A DNA stretch of 63,759 bases, counting the filler, from Octopus bimaculoides (taxonomy: Eukaryota): NCBI RefSeq assembly GCF_001194135.2. It is 7 parts of 6 records of this genome, joined end to end, with 100 filler letters (N's around TTAATTAATTAA, not from the genome) between each part and the next. Parts side by side here need not be neighbours in the genome. Positions count along the whole stretch, not along the records: positions 60,831 to 63,759 come from NC_068986.1; 6 more parts are not named here. One strand, 5' to 3'. Positions 63,731-63,759 of the stretch are shown in pieces. The number at the start of each line of letters is the position of its first letter. Position 1 is the first letter of the stretch. Both the position numbers and the translations under genes were made by a program. The notes beneath the pieces were generated by a model. That model was not told the DNA's origin. It did not search any database and saw nothing but the letters and a program-made list of their open reading frames with translations.

Positions 63731-63759
63731 CACATAATAATCAATCAGTTAAGGCGGCG

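Overview
Eukaryotic genomic DNA: AT-rich, saturated with microsatellites and heavily gapped. The SINE families and repeat style point to an octopus genome, probably Octopus bimaculoides (inferred from recalled repeat sequences, not from a search). The only well-supported host gene is the 3' part of a classical NADP(H)-type short-chain dehydrogenase of the retinol dehydrogenase 12/13/14-like group (+ strand, exons 740-982, 4874-5182, 6109-6431; its first exon lies upstream of the window). Most other recognisable sequence is transposon debris: Dong/R4-like restriction-endonuclease LINE 3' ends in (TAA)n tracts, Tx1-like LINE pieces, tRNA-derived SINEs, a Gypsy 3' LTR, piggyBac, Tc1/mariner elements, MITEs and a Penelope GIY-YIG fragment. 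The most interesting structures are: (1) a ~310-bp fold-back carrying two divergent hammerhead-ribozyme motifs next to the Penelope endonuclease fragment; (2) a three-layer nest in which a gag-only LTR element is interrupted by an 8-bp-TSD DNA transposon and by an ORF1-only Tx1-like retroposon; (3) one 3' tail shared by SINEs, Tx1-like ORF2 ends and that ORF1-only element; (4) a tandem pair of CTCF-like motifs in a GC-rich unique island. Most long ORFs in the supplied track are artefacts of microsatellites or N gaps. Six 100-bp gaps contain an artificial TTAATTAATTAA linker, so adjacency across them is uncertain.
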